Counted from the first letter of the whole stretch, positions 21,616-34,484 are shown. The stretch: DNA of 63,581 bases, filler included, from Folioceros fuciformis (GCA_049999805.1; 5 parts of 5 records of this genome joined end to end with filler, not necessarily neighbours in it); one strand, 5' to 3'. Numbers and translations are program-made. The notes: generated by a model not told the origin, from the letters alone.

Positions 21616-21965
21616 GTTTCCCATGATTTTCACCCTAGAAGACATGCAGGAGACGGAAGAGAGATAACAGCTGAAACCGTGTCCGGATCATGGCAGCGGG
21701 GGCAGCTGGATAAGGCAATCGAGGCTCTTGAAGGTCTTGTGAGGACCTACGCTGATGTCTCCGAATTTGTGCTTTAATGCGATCTCATAAATATTGAGAG
21801 GCTAAGAAGGCCCTGGCTCGGCTTGTTCAGGCTCGCGCCTTCAAGAATTAGTATGAAATGAACACGGGCCTGTGCAATCACATTCTTCGCATCTATGCTT
21901 CTCATAGCATGCAACAGGCTATGGACGTGTTCCCTTTGCTTTAAAAACCGGGTATCTTAATCTGG
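21616..21965 (+). pseudogene. Decayed PPR N-terminal fragment, an inverted paralog of the adjacent PPR gene
   Basis: AGDGREITAETVSGSWQRGQLDKAIEALEGLV ... LCNHILRIYASHSMQQAMDVFPLL*KPGILIW aligns with the neighbour's AGYGRGTTAETVDKLVQQGQLVEAVEALGALV ... LCNHILRMYASHAKLQEAMDVFTMVAKPDAFMW. It contains several stops and a frameshift. Confidence 0.85.
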
Positions 21966-23020
21966 CCTGACATATCTTTGCTCAGCTTATGCGCCCACTT
22001 TTGAAGTGTGAGACTCTATGGCCTATGTGTGCGGGCTTGCGAGGGGACAAAGCATACGTCCCACGTCATACGTCTCTCTCTAATATTTTTAACAGCGAAT
22101 TTAGCTTTAAAAAGAGGAGATCAGAGTGCACGCTGTCTTAGGCTAGAAACTGAATTAAGGTCAGCTTGGTCGAACATCGAACAAATCTGGGGTGATACCG
22201 GACCTAGGAAACAGCAGCATGCAAGCGTACTTGCCGTGGGCAGTGCAGTCGCCGTCCGCAAGCTTTTGAACCTCGTGTCCGCAAACTTTCCCAAGTGCTT
22301 AATTCCGTTACTCTCATCCCACTCTTTTGCTAATCTGGCGACTTGCCATAAACTCGAAAGAAAGCCTCACAGAACCTATGCAACTAGTGCCTTTCAGTTG
22401 CAATGCGATGTGGATTGGATTCGTTTGAACCGCGTTGGCTGATCAAATTGTGAGATAGATGGAATTTCCGCCTGAAGCCCACTCCCACATCCTGAAAGCT
22501 CGACACATTTAGCATAGGTGATAGAATTAATCAATGGGCAAGCAGCAACGACGACGAGGGAAGCCAGGACTCAAGCCAAGCCACCAGCATTGTCCTGGCA
22601 GGGAGCAGCCTTGGTCATGTCGCCCGGCCACCCACGTGTCGAGAAGTCCTCACGACCAGTTTCAGCCTCCGGACGTTGGCATGCTACGGGCAAAGACGGC
22701 ATATGTACCTGATAACGGCCGAAGTCGTATATGAGTGCTCGTTTTCCTTATCCCTTTTCACTCCTGTAAACGCGCGTCACGTAGGCGTCTGGTATTTGAT
22801 ATTATTCCAAGGACTGTGGGATTCCTCCGGAGCTGCCTTGTCTAATGCACCGGGGGAAAGACGTGCCTTGCCTCGGTCCCAGGCTTATCGAGGGAAGCCG
22901 CCATGGTTCCAGCAGACAGGTATTCCGAGGAGGGAAAGGGGAAGGGACCCTTGATATGCATCTCGCCGTGTACTTGATCCCTGTTTGTTGCTAATCACCA
23001 TTGGCATCGGCGGGTGCGGA

Positions 23021-23524
23021 ATGGCGCCCTTTCTCATCTCCTTGAGGCGGCGTGTGAGAACCAAGCTGTCCGGCAGGAGGAGATCCGGGAGTAGTGAGGA
23101 TGGCTTGGGGTCAGCATACTACNNNNNNNNNNNNNNNNNNNNNNNNNNNNNNNNNNNNNNNNNNNNNNNNNNNNNNNNNNNNNNNNNNNNNNNNNNNNNN
23201 NNNNNNNNNNNNNNNNNNNNNNCAGCATACTACGATCCGAGCGAGCGTCTGACGTCTTTTGCAGACCGCTCGGCACCGGCGCCTGAACGGAGGAGACGGA
23301 GGAGCCTGGCCTGGCGCGCTGGCCGCCGAGGGACGCGGGTGCTATGGAGCTTCATCAAGGCGCCGTGGAGGGCGCTCGTCAATCTCTTCGACAGGAAGAA
23401 GCGTAAGACTGCATCGACTATGCACGCCTTCGACTGCGATTCCGACTCTGATACCTCCGACAGATTCGCGCAGGTTGGGAACTCCGGGTCTCCTAAAAGT
23501 ATGTATTATACCCCTTTTCTTTGA
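23021..23524 (+). CDS. Hypothetical Arg/Ser-rich protein spanning a gap
   Basis: GC-rich ORF. The gap flanks share CAGCATACTAC, and merging them keeps the frame (GSAYYDPSER). No domain recognised. Confidence 0.3.
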   Translation: MAPFLISLRRRVRTKLSGRRRSGSSEDGLGSAYYXXXXXXXXXXXXXXXXXXXXXXXXXXXXXXXXXXAYYDPSERLTSFADRSAPAPERRRRRSLAWRAGRRGTRVLWSFIKAPWRALVNLFDRKKRKTASTMHAFDCDSDSDTSDRFAQVGNSGSPKSMYYTPFL

Positions 23525-23797
23525 GGCTGCGACGTGCTGAGCACCTGAGGATGTAAAGCTTGCAAGCAGACACGAAATTGAATACAGAGAGAACATGGCC
23601 AACATGAATCCTGTTGTGCCTATCGTTACACCCTTGAACGCGGTTTGTTACTACCCACACATGCACCTTCTGATGCTCCGGACTCACGGTGCTCCTTGCA
23701 AGAGCCACGAGACAAAAGTTTCTCCTCCTCCTCACACATACATACTAGCATGGAACGGGACTAAGAAATGTCTGTATGCTGTCAGGGCACTCCAGTG

Positions 23798-26700
23798 TCA
23801 GTAGCCAAATTTGTCGTTCAGGGCTGTTCTCCCATCTCCAGTTTGTCCTGAACAAAGTGACGAGTGCCGTCAGCACAAATCAGAGACATTCCGAATTTGT
23901 ATAGGACCCCCAGAAAAGGAAACAAAGGACTGTGCACTACAGGGAGACTTACCTGCCGGCGGGACCCAAGCCTCGAAATCCATCTTGTCCTCCCCGCCTT
24001 CCTCCAACCCCAGCTTTCGTTTCTTTCCTTGTCGCGCTGCTTTCTTTGCTTTAGCCTTCACCTCTCGTGCGGCTTCCTTTTCAACTGCTAATGCCAATCC
24101 ACCCTTGTGGCGAAGTAGAAGGGCTACAGCATCGGCAGCAGCTGCATCGGCTGCATCCTGGAGTCTCTCCTCGTTCACAGCAGCTTGTTGCTCTTCCTTG
24201 CGCACTGATGCTTCTGGCTTCTTCTGCAGGATGAGACCAGCTGGCCCAGCAGAAGGTGCAGCAAGGACATCTTCCTTGTGCCTATCCTTGTACTCTACGA
24301 ACTCTTCGCCCGGATTCATCCCATCACCTGGCACCTTAGTGATGGGTGATTCCTTCTCCGCCGGCCCTGGAGCACCAAGCCAGAGAGGTCCTTCAAGCAC
24401 CACATGTTGGTCGCTTTCTTTGGTATCAACTTTTCCAGCTGAGCCTGGACTAACGTTTTTCTCAGCTGCCTTTTGTTCACTATTCTGTGTCTTCTGCTGA
24501 CCTGAAGGCTTGCCCATACCATTGGAAGAAGGAACAGTAGTCACGGTGTCAATGGCAGCCGCACTCCTGCGAACTGCTCTGCTCGCTATCAGGGATGCAT
24601 TGGAAACAGATCTCTCCCCCTGTGATGATTTGGCTCGAGCCTCCCATTTCAGCAAAGCGTCTTTGGTTGGATCTGCAATCTTCAGGAGCCGTTCTACTCT
24701 GTCTACTTCTGCTTGAAGGATTTCCAGTTTTTTCGTAAGCTTCGCAGTCCTGTCCCTTTCTGTGACAGCCCCACCAGTTTTTTCACGTAAAATAACCAAC
24801 ACCAAGAACAGGGACCGAAGGTGGCCCATAAGGAGCCATCAAAACCGTACGCGATAAACAACAGAGCTTACCCATGTCTTGAGAGACACTCATCATAAAG
24901 GCATCCAGAGGATCCACTCTGTCTGCCTTGTCTGTTGACCCTCGTCCATCACCCTTCTTTTCGTTCTCAGACTTCATGTCACCCTTTACCCTTTCCATTG
25001 CTTCAAGAAGGCTAGATCTTTTCTCAAGTAGCGACTCCGCAGTCTCAACTTTCTGTTCACCTGACTCACCTTTCTTTCTCGCTTTCCCACCACCAGCTCG
25101 ATTGTAGAACTCATCATCACTGTTTACAATGAGTGGTCTAGTCAGCAGACGCTCCTACAAAGCAGGTCCATCTTCACACCTTTCAGTGGGTGCCTCATTG
25201 TACATACCTTGAGTTGCCTTCTTCCTCATCAAATGCTGCCACCTTCTTTGAATCACCTTTTACAGATCGAGCACCAAGACTTTCCCTGATACTTTCATTC
25301 ACCGTTTCCTCTAAAGTTTCCAACTCTTCCATGAGCTGGAAATGGGAACCAGGCATTGGTTACAACCAACAACAAGCAATCCAGGCGATTTGACAAAGCA
25401 CCCACTCACGCACACCTGCTGTATCCGCTGCTCATTGCGAGCTATTTGTGTCTGTTGTCCTTGTGTGAGGCCCCCCTGTGCAATTTCCTTGGCTTGTATA
25501 GCATCAATCTCCTTTTTCAGGTTTGCAAGCTGCGCAGAAAAGTTTGCCAGATCAGAAGACCCGTTATTATATTGCAGACATCAAGGAACAGCAAATTAGC
25601 CTTTGCTAAAGCAGGGACATCACTATTCGATCAAACAAAGGGGGCACCTTCTCAAGACGTTTGTGAACTTTCTCAAGAGTCTTTTGCTGCTTTTCCGTTA
25701 GTTGCCCCTTGTGTGTCCTCCATGTAATTTCATCTAGATTCTCCTGAACCAAGACGTATGATCTCAATATGAGCAGTCCTGCATCAATCTCACAAAAAGA
25801 ACTGATGCAGCAATTTCAAGCTTCTGGCTACCTCTTCCTCCTCTTCTTCTGCATCCTCCTGCATGCCCCATGTGATACCCTCAGATGCAATTGCTGCAGA
25901 TTTTGCTCGCTGGAGGGACTCCTCCTGGTCTCTTCGCTCCAATGCCTTTTCCAGTGCTCTTTGAGATGCCCTTTGAGACTTGGACAAAGATTCCTGCAAA
26001 GCCAACAACCACTGATTGCGCCTGCCAACACAAGAATGTGTGCCTGTTGGATTAAGCCAAAGGATGGAGGTTACAGTACCTGTGGCATTAGCTCAGGTGG
26101 CCCTTGTACCACATATAACCTCGATGAGCTGCACAACTCCCAGCAGTCAACAGCCAGCAATACCAACTCTATCACACGATTAATCGCTACCGACATTTAA
26201 CACTGCGTCACGACAGCTGAGCTAGAAGTCAAAAGCATAGCTACAATTTCAATTAAGTACCTAACAAGTGGTCCATGACATAACATCAGACTGGTATACT
26301 TACAGGCCAAACCGCAAGATATCTCCTACTCGTACAGGTACATAGACTTTTGGCTCAACCTAGAGAAAAAGCATAGATCCAGGGCTCAGACTCAATCCTC
26401 AGATTACATGACAGAGACTCAACTCAAGACAAGAAATGACGAGAAGATGGAAAACCGAGGTGCGAATCGCTAGGAACGTAACCCCTGCCTGAGACTTGTT
26501 CACGAATGTACCATGTGTGCTCCCTAGGTCATAGATAAAAGCTTCCCCAGTATGCTTGTACTGCAACACTGCAAAATCAACCATAAGACGCAACTCAAAC
26601 AGGGAGAAACACTGCGACGAGACAGCAGCATTGCAACAAACCATCCCTACTACCTGCATGAAAACGAGATGAAGTGGGATGCTCCATCACGAAGTCACAA

Positions 26701-27423
26701 GCATCACTTCTTCCAAACATGTAGGCAGCCTTCACTGATCTGCGACTCTAAATTCCGACGAAGAGATCAACAAAAGTTCTGGCAACCTAAGGTCGGTCCT
26801 CCAAAAACGACCTGCAGTAGCGAAAAAAACGAGACCAAATTGCACACTCACACGTCCAGGTTGTCAACAATGCTGCCTTCCTTAAGCACCTCGATGTACA
26901 ACGGGTGCTGTGGGTTGGCACTCCAAACCGGCTTCACATAAGGTGGGTTCACTGGCATGCGAGCACTTTTTTCTCGAGGTTGGAGTACACTGCTCTCCCC
27001 GGCAAGCCCTCCACCAACGGCGACCTCAACAACGACCTGAGACCCATGTCTAGTTCCAGACAGATGGGGGCTGAGTTGGGCCTCAGCATCCACGATTTGT
27101 TTGGGGTTGTCGATTGCCACGGGCGGAGGTGGTGGAAGCATCATCCCACCCTTCCGTTTGGAAACGTCATCTACCACGTTCCCAGAGGTGGATGGCAATC
27201 CCCCATCACCTTCCTGGCCATCCAATTCTGGCTTCGGCCTTGGCCTTGCTGGAGGCGGACCCATGACCGTGAACACCGCCTTTTCATCGGCGCTGGCCCT
27301 GGGCGGGGGTGGACCCATCAACCCTCTGCTTGTGCATACAGCTGTGGCCTGGCCATCAGCAGCGGAAAGCAATTCATCCTCAGCACCAGAATTTTCTCGG
27401 TCCACCTCCCCTCCTCCTCCCAT
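23798..27423 (-). CDS. SLC4A1AP: Kanadaptin (FHA-domain protein), multi-exon
   Basis: PYVKPVWSANP..LYIEVLKEG; AYMFGRSDACDFVMEHPTSSRFHA; YDLGSTHGTFVN; GITWGMQEDAEE; DPLDAFM; C-terminal WVPPAGQTGDGRTALNDKFGY* (stop 23798-23800). Confidence 0.93.
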
Positions 27424-27586
27424 CGTGTCCTCCAAGTCAAACCTGTTGTTGCAAGCAAAGCTTGCGACACAGACGGCATCCCCCCATCTGCGTCTGAAGG
27501 GGGAATGCCAAAAAACACAAAATCTTTGAAGCTCACAAACCTATAAAGTTCTGGCATCAACGACACAATTGGTAGGTCTGGCAGCG
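27424..27586. promoter_or_regulatory. Probable bidirectional promoter shared by kanadaptin and DPH1
   Basis: Only 163 bp separate the divergent ATGs. CTATAAAG lies at 27541-27548. Confidence 0.55.
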
Positions 27587-29056
27587 ATGGCCGGGACCTG
27601 TATCAGCCGCGGCGCGGTCGATGGAGCCGTGCAGCTGCATCAGCAGGTGGGCTCCAAGCAGGCCCCTGCTCCTCGTAGATTCGTTCGGCAGCAGGTACCG
27701 GACTCCATCCTCAACGACCCGGCTCTGAAGGCGGCCATGGGCGTACTGCCCGGGAACTACAATCTGGAGATACCCAAGACGATCTGGCGCGTGAAGCAGG
27801 CAGGGGCGAAGAAAGTGGCACTTCAGCTGCCCGAAGGCCTGCTCATGTACTCCCTTGCAATTTGCGACATCTTGGAGGCGTTTGCAGATGTGGAGGAGTG
27901 CTTTGTGCTGGGAGACGTGACATACGGGGCGTGCTGCGTGGATGATTTCTCTGCAGTCGCTCTGGGGGCGCAGTTCCTGGTGCACTACGGCCACAGCTGC
28001 CTGGTTCCGCTGGATGTCACCACAATTCCCTGCCTCTATGTTTTCGTGGATATACAGATCGATGTGGACCATCTGGTTAGTGCGGTGAAACACAACTTCA
28101 GCTCCTCATCGCGGATGGCTCTCGCCGGTACCATCCAGTTCTCCACCGCCATCCACGCCGCCAAGCAGGCCCTGGCAGATGATTTTCCTCACCTGCTGGT
28201 GCCGCAAGCCAAGCCACTCTCCCCAGGCGAGGTGTTGGGCTGCACGGCTCCTTCCTTGCCGGCGGGGTCCTTGGACGAGCTCGTGTTCGTGTCGGACGGG
28301 AGGTTCCATCTGGAAGCGTTCATGATCGCCAATCCGAGCGTGAAGGCTTTCCGGTACGACCCCTACTCCCGAGTGCTCACCTTCGAGGAGTACGACCAGA
28401 CGGGGATGCGCGAGGCCCGGAGGAAGGCCATCGAGCTGGCTCGGACCGGAAAGCTGTGGGGGATAGTGCTGGGGACGCTAGGGCGGCAGGGAAATCCCAG
28501 GATTCTGCAGCATGTGCAGCGCCGGCTGGAAGCCCGCGGCCTGCCGTATGTCAATTTCCTGGTATCCGAGCTGTCTCCTGCTAAGATTGCACTGTTCCAA
28601 GACTCTGTGGATGCTTGGGTTCAGATAGCCTGTCCACGCCTTTCCATCGACTGGGGAGAGGCGTGCGCCAGGCCTCTGCTGACGCCATACGAGGCAGAGG
28701 TGGCGTTGGGCTTCGTGCAGCCATGGTGGCTGCCAGAGAACGTTGAAGCTGTATGTTGCAGCAGGACAGCAGGAGTATGCTGTGGGCAAGATGGGGGGCT
28801 ATCTATTGCTTCTCGCAGTGCAGCAGCAACAGCAACAGCAGAGGAAGTGTGCTGTGTGTCAGACAGGAGTAAAGAGGCACCTGTAGGTGATTACCCCATG
28901 GATTACTATGCTAGGGAAGGAGGGCCATGGAATTCGGCCTACAGTCAGAAGCTGCCCGTGTCTGCAGGGCGTAGAGCTGCTGAGCGTAGACAGGAAGTAA
29001 TTGAATTGAAAGCTAGTGGCACGCCCCGGGCAGCAAGCGCAGCACCGTCAACATAG
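27587..29056 (+). CDS. DPH1: Diphthamide biosynthesis protein 1 (intronless)
   Basis: LPGNYNLEIPKTIWR, VALQLPEGLL, GDVTYGACCVDDF, HYGHSCL, PGEVLGCT, DGRFHLE, LGTLGRQG, ACPRLSIDWG, YPMDYY. Confidence 0.97.
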   Translation: MAGTCISRGAVDGAVQLHQQVGSKQAPAPRRFVRQQVPDSILNDPALKAAMGVLPGNYNLEIPKTIWRVKQAGAKKVALQLPEGLLMYSLAICDILEAFADVEECFVLGDVTYGACCVDDFSAVALGAQFLVHYGHSCLVPLDVTTIPCLYVFVDIQIDVDHLVSAVKHNFSSSSRMALAGTIQFSTAIHAAKQALADDFPHLLVPQAKPLSPGEVLGCTAPSLPAGSLDELVFVSDGRFHLEAFMIANPSVKAFRYDPYSRVLTFEEYDQTGMREARRKAIELARTGKLWGIVLGTLGRQGNPRILQHVQRRLEARGLPYVNFLVSELSPAKIALFQDSVDAWVQIACPRLSIDWGEACARPLLTPYEAEVALGFVQPWWLPENVEAVCCSRTAGVCCGQDGGLSIASRSAAATATAEEVCCVSDRSKEAPVGDYPMDYYAREGGPWNSAYSQKLPVSAGRRAAERRQEVIELKASGTPRAASAAPST

Positions 29057-29807
29057 AAGTCTATCCTATAAAGCAATGAATATGGAATACCTAGGCACAC
29101 CGTGCACAACCACATGCTTTTTATTTTCAATACAAAAGTATTTAATATATTATTATTATAATATATAATATACTCCTTCATGGTTTTGTTTTTCCTTCTT
29201 ACTAAAGACACTAAAGACACACTTCACAACACACACGCTCTCCAAAAAATGACAAATAGCACTTGACAAGTGCAATAGCAATCCACGGATCGAGTTGTTT
29301 GATGTCCGATGGGTGTACGCCCATGCGATTATGTATTTACAAGCCAAGGGTACTATTGCATGCCAAAGGGGACACACTCTTCCCTATCCTACTTTAATCA
29401 TTTCTCTAGGGGTATCCACAACATATCCTTTCTCAATTCTCAAATTGATGATGTCCACTTTGGTCATCCAAATATCCCATATTGACAATTATGGAATACC
29501 AATTCGGATAGGGGATACACATTGATGCTTTTTTCGAAATATGTACTTTCTACGAGAATATATGGTGACATCCGGAGAATATTCATGTACTCAACCTACC
29601 CATGTCATCGAACCTACTTGTACACCGTATAGGGATTTTTTTTCTATCACTCTAATTGGCATGTGAACCGAAAGGGACACATCCTTTGTTCTTTATTTCG
29701 GTTCATACACACAGTGTTTTAAGATTCGTTCCGATTGCAACCGCCGTAAGGGCTCCCGATTGACACCACAGTTTGGACAAGTTGGTTTGGACAGGTTCTG
29801 CATTGGA

Positions 29808-30153
29808 GTGGTGAAAACTCAGATGGTTAGGGGTGTGCAGTGGTGAAAACTCAGATGGTTAGGGGTGTGCATGGAGGCGACATATGTGTGCACAGCAAAC
29901 AGCATGGTGAATGCCCTAACCCTAACTAAAAATGAGTGGAGAGAGACGGACCCGAATGTGAGGATAAAATGTAAGGGCACAAAGTAGATGTCCCGATCGG
30001 GACACCTACTTTGTGCCTTACCACCAAAGTGGGCACATCTGTTATGTCCAAAATGTTTGGACCGTATACCGCCGCCTAAAAGTAGGTGCCCTACGACCGA
30101 AGCGGGCACATCTGCTATGTCCAAAATGTTTGGACCGTATACCACCGCCTAAA
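29808..30153. repeat. Composite repeat: 32-bp x2, 51-bp palindrome, 73-bp-period x2
   Basis: GTGGTGAAAACTCAGATGGTTAGGGGTGTGCA x2 (29808-29871); palindrome at 29971-30021; GGGCACATCTGYTATGTCCAAAATGTTTGGACCGTATACCRCCGCCTAAA at 30031 and 30104. Confidence 0.88.
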
Positions 30154-32016
30154 GTTTGTGTGAAAGGCACCTTGACCATATCGGTATTTTATACTTTAGT
30201 CATCCAAACATAGAGGTTATTGCACAAAATAGGACAAACAAAGTGATTGAAACCATAACAACTTACAGATTTAGTAGACGCTCAATGGCTCAAAATTTTT
30301 GCAGCATATGCCTTCTTTGCAATATTACAAACTTGTAAGCATATTGTACTAAAAGTTCTTTGCTATGTCATTATTGTAGACATCCTCACACATTGTAGCT
30401 TCACCGCTTCCACAACCCAAGGACCTGTGAGGGCTTGTTGTAGGTGGGGTTTACCTGTGACAATTCAACTAGCCACATGTGAGTGCAACCTAATATTTGT
30501 GGGGTATCATCCACCCATCCACAAGTTTCATGCATATCGGCCAATAGTCTTGCGATTGAGCTGCTTGTAGTTTATGTTTCAAGTGTGCTCACCCCCAGCG
30601 ACACAAATTTGTAGAATTCATCTCCCATGTTGGAAGCACTTCTGTACATCAAGCCTTTCTAGGTTCAATAAGAACAAAAATTGAACCAACGAGAGATTGG
30701 AAGTGGAGAGCCACACCCTAAACAACCACGCAATTGATTTGCAACAACCTTCAACAAAGCCATAGCATGGTGATGGGCAAGAACACAGAGAGGTACATGT
30801 CATAGTTATGGAGGCGCGTATAAACACATATATTGACCACTAATGGCCATTGAGTATCCATTTGCATGCGCCCAAGAGAGCATGTAGCACAAGTGAAAAG
30901 ACAATGACGAATGTCAATGACAATGTCTTGCAACAAAATCATTGTTTGACTTGTTCAACGTTGTACCTATGTGTGGGAGCACTAGTACCAATGTTTGGGA
31001 GCACTATGTGCAGCTGTAGAAAGCAAGCATAAATTTACATACCCATAAACAATTAAAATATGCAGACTATAGACTAGACATAGAGACATTCCTCACAATT
31101 TGAGAACTTAGAATTATGCAAGGAGATATTCTTAAGCATGTGCAAGACTAATAGTTTATCATAAAACATTGTAACTATATACCAGTAGAGGAGTGAGGTA
31201 CAAACATTCTTATGCATGAACTAAATTCACGAAGTTAGTAATAGAAGTAACAACTTCTATTAAGGTATAGTTGTGGAGAGCAAACTGTTGAGTTCTACAT
31301 TTCAAATCACATATGGCTCGTGCATAAGCCATATATGGTTTGAAATGTCTAAAAGATTAAATGACATACTAGTCATAGACTTATTTTAGACCATGCAAGC
31401 ATGGGTTTAGGCTAAAAATGAATGACTTATACATGCTATAGAAGATGACATATATACTTGCCAACTAGATCTTTGTTAACTTTGTGATAGTGAAGGTTTT
31501 CACCAAACTAGCCACATGGTGCACCTTGGACATACTTAGAGACCTATGGTACACTCTTATACATATGTAGAGGCCATATGAAGAATTTGGTGCATTCTTT
31601 AGTCTGGGGTGGTCTCTTGGCATATACTCACACTCTCATGGATTCACAACCTCAAATGGTCAATTTACAAATGCTCGCACCCTCGTCCATCATATATAAA
31701 TGAAGGAGGACTGCACGATCATCAAATCATGACATGATAACATCTTATTTGAAGCTAAGAGACTTAAGATACATTATGTAGACCAAAGTTGAAAGTTGTA
31801 GACATAAGTAACTTGAATGTCGATTGAGATGGTCTTTTCACCATGTTCATTATAGAATGGGCTAAGCATAACTCAAAGAAGGATATGCAACAAGTTTCTT
31901 TAGTCTATACATTTAGTCTAGATTAACTCCTATTACAATAATAATAATAATAGGGTAGATAGCCATTGCAATTTAGGAAACATAGAAAGAGCTAAGTTTT
32001 ACACTTGAGGTAGGTG

Positions 32017-32283
32017 AAATGTATGATCCATTTGTTAATAAGAATATTTGTATGGGAAGATTGTTCATGATTGGAAAAATTAGAGGTAGTCTCAAAGGTG
32101 CCCTTGTCTTCTCGATCAACTTTAAAGATAGACTATACAAACTAGCACAAATGTATGATCAATTTGTTAATAAGAATATTTGCATTGCAAAATTCTTCCA
32201 TGATTGAAACAATTGGAGGTAGTTTCACAGGTACCCTTGGTTTTCTTCGATTGACTTTAAGATAGACTATACAAACTAGCAAA
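32017..32283. repeat. ~132-bp degenerate tandem duplication
   Basis: aaatgtatgatc.atttgttaataagaatatttg...agatagactatacaaactagca starts at 32017 and again at 32149. Confidence 0.88.
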
Positions 32284-32882
32284 TTTTTAGAAGAGTCTAG
32301 ACTCTTTATGGTCTTGGAGGCCAAGATATGAAGGCATACATAATAATATAGAAGCATCCCTTGCAATAATCAAGATTTTTGTTAGAACATAATGCCATAT
32401 GTAAGATATATTAGAGAAACATAATGCCAATGGGCAAGATCATAATGCAATGTAAGATAGCAAAGCCTTGTGGTTTTCGATAGCTCTTACGACCACATGG
32501 TTCTTAGATAATATTAGCATATTAAAGAAGAATATAGAAAAACATGCATTGCAATTTGTAATGGGATAAAGATGTGAAAAAATATTCAACTGGGTACTTA
32601 AAATCAAATTAAGAAATTCGGAACATACATATACTATTTTGCAATTGAACTTGCTTAAATCATAACAACACCTCACTAAAAAAACTTAACTTACTTAAAT
32701 CATTGAGAAACTTTACAGAAAAAACCATATGTAAGCAAGCATAATAACAAAAAACATAACTAGGAAAATCCATCTACGTGCTCCAAAAATTGTATATGGA
32801 GATTGTTTTTCTTGATCATGACTAGGTGCAACTTGATGGTGACTAGGTGCAGCCCCCTTGTTCTTCTTTGACACCTTGACAC

Positions 32883-32982
32883 NNNNNNNNNNNNNNNNNN
32901 NNNNNNNNNNNNNNNNNNNNNNNNNNTTAATTAATTAANNNNNNNNNNNNNNNNNNNNNNNNNNNNNNNNNNNNNNNNNNNN
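32883..32982. other. Artificial scaffold-join spacer
   Basis: 44 N + TTAATTAATTAA + 44 N. Confidence 0.97.
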
Positions 32983-34484
32983 GCCCGCATTTCTACAGCA
33001 CTGGTCCCGTGACATTTGTGGGTTCCACCCCGACAACAGCCCACAAAGCCCACGCATTGCAGCACATCAGATTACGCACAACCCAACAGGAACCTCACCA
33101 GTAACGGAGGGCGGAGCCACAGACGCGGCCAGCAGGAGCATCAACAGGATCACCGACGCTGAAGAAGGCGACGCCATTGCACTCTCTCAACGGACGCTCC
33201 ACGCAAAAACCTTGCTGTGGCGAGGGCAGCTAGGTGTGCATGAGGCGAGGCCGCTCATATCATAATGTAGGCGCCGACATGTGTCGGTGTCGCCGCAGCT
33301 CAGGATCCATGCGCTGGGACTGCGCAGCTGGAGGCGAATTGAATGCGGTACTTGCTCGGGAAGGAGACGGGTAGGAATGCCCTGGGAGAGGCGGACGAGG
33401 CTGCCGGTGAGGGTGACCGGGAACCTGGGAAACCGGACGAGCCGGTACCTCACCGGTCCCTGCCGTACGTCGGCAAGATGTCTTCCCGGCGTCTTTCTGG
33501 CGCAACCCGTGGTCCCCGTGACGCGCCGGACGGCCAGTCCGAGAGGCGGGGCCCGAATCTGGCTGGCTTTCAGGACTGTGGCCGCGAACGGTAAGATTCA
33601 GGCGTAACCGGCGCACCGGGCCAGGCAACTGGGAAACGGGCGCACCGGGTGCGCAGCCCGAGACGGGCGGCTCCAGCCTTCCGCGTGCCCGACGGCCGTA
33701 CCGCGGCGCAGCAGGGGAAGCACTCATTCGGGGCTGGCTGCTGGATTTCGAATGTTGGAAGCCCGCGGGTGTCGGTCCACATGGCCGTTCGACGGGCCAG
33801 CACGCTGCCTTGGACCGGAATAACGTCTGGAACCCGAGTGCTTGACAAGTCCCACTGACCCGTCGGGTACATACATGTCCGGCGCCTTCTTTCGCCCGAC
33901 TCCTTTTCTTTTATATAAAACGTTTCTCTGTGGCGCGCCGGCCCTCCGAATCTACGCTGGGACTTCCTGCCTATTCCTTATTCGTTTTCAAATCTCCCGA
34001 CCCGTATTCCACTCCATTTTGCGATCCTCCTCTCCTCTGCTGTTGGTGGCCCCAACCTGGCCATGCGATTGATTCTCAGGCGCTCCGTCATTTGGATGTC
34101 GGTGCTTCCACTACTGCCCGACGAGTGAGCTTCGTTGGGCCCGACTCACGACCTCGACAAATTTGTCGTCCCTTCCGCGCCACACACAGTGCCCACGACA
34201 AAATTTTCTATGTATTATATCGCACCATCCCTAAGCATATAAAACAAGCACGATCCTCGTAAGAAAGAGAAACATGAAGTACAGCGGAGTGCATCTTCCC
34301 AAGGAATCTAAACCTAGAACTCTTTCAGCCCTTCATACCTCCCCAAAGTATTCCTTCTCTTGTAAATGTGATGCACAAATATTTTTGACAACTTGTATGT
34401 TGCAAGAACATGTACTCACGTCCCATGTCCTTTTCTACTATATAGTTATGTAGATGCAGGCTTTTGGATTTTTCCAACGGTAGG

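Noticed and set aside
28740-28870. Cys-rich insert in DPH1 as a new metal-binding domain
   Set aside because: As I recall, plant DPH1 proteins commonly have a variable Cys-containing linker before YPMDYY, so there is no evidence of novelty.
30400-31030. Decayed transposase or gene in the AT-rich block
   Set aside because: The frames I read contain stops and no motif I could recognise.
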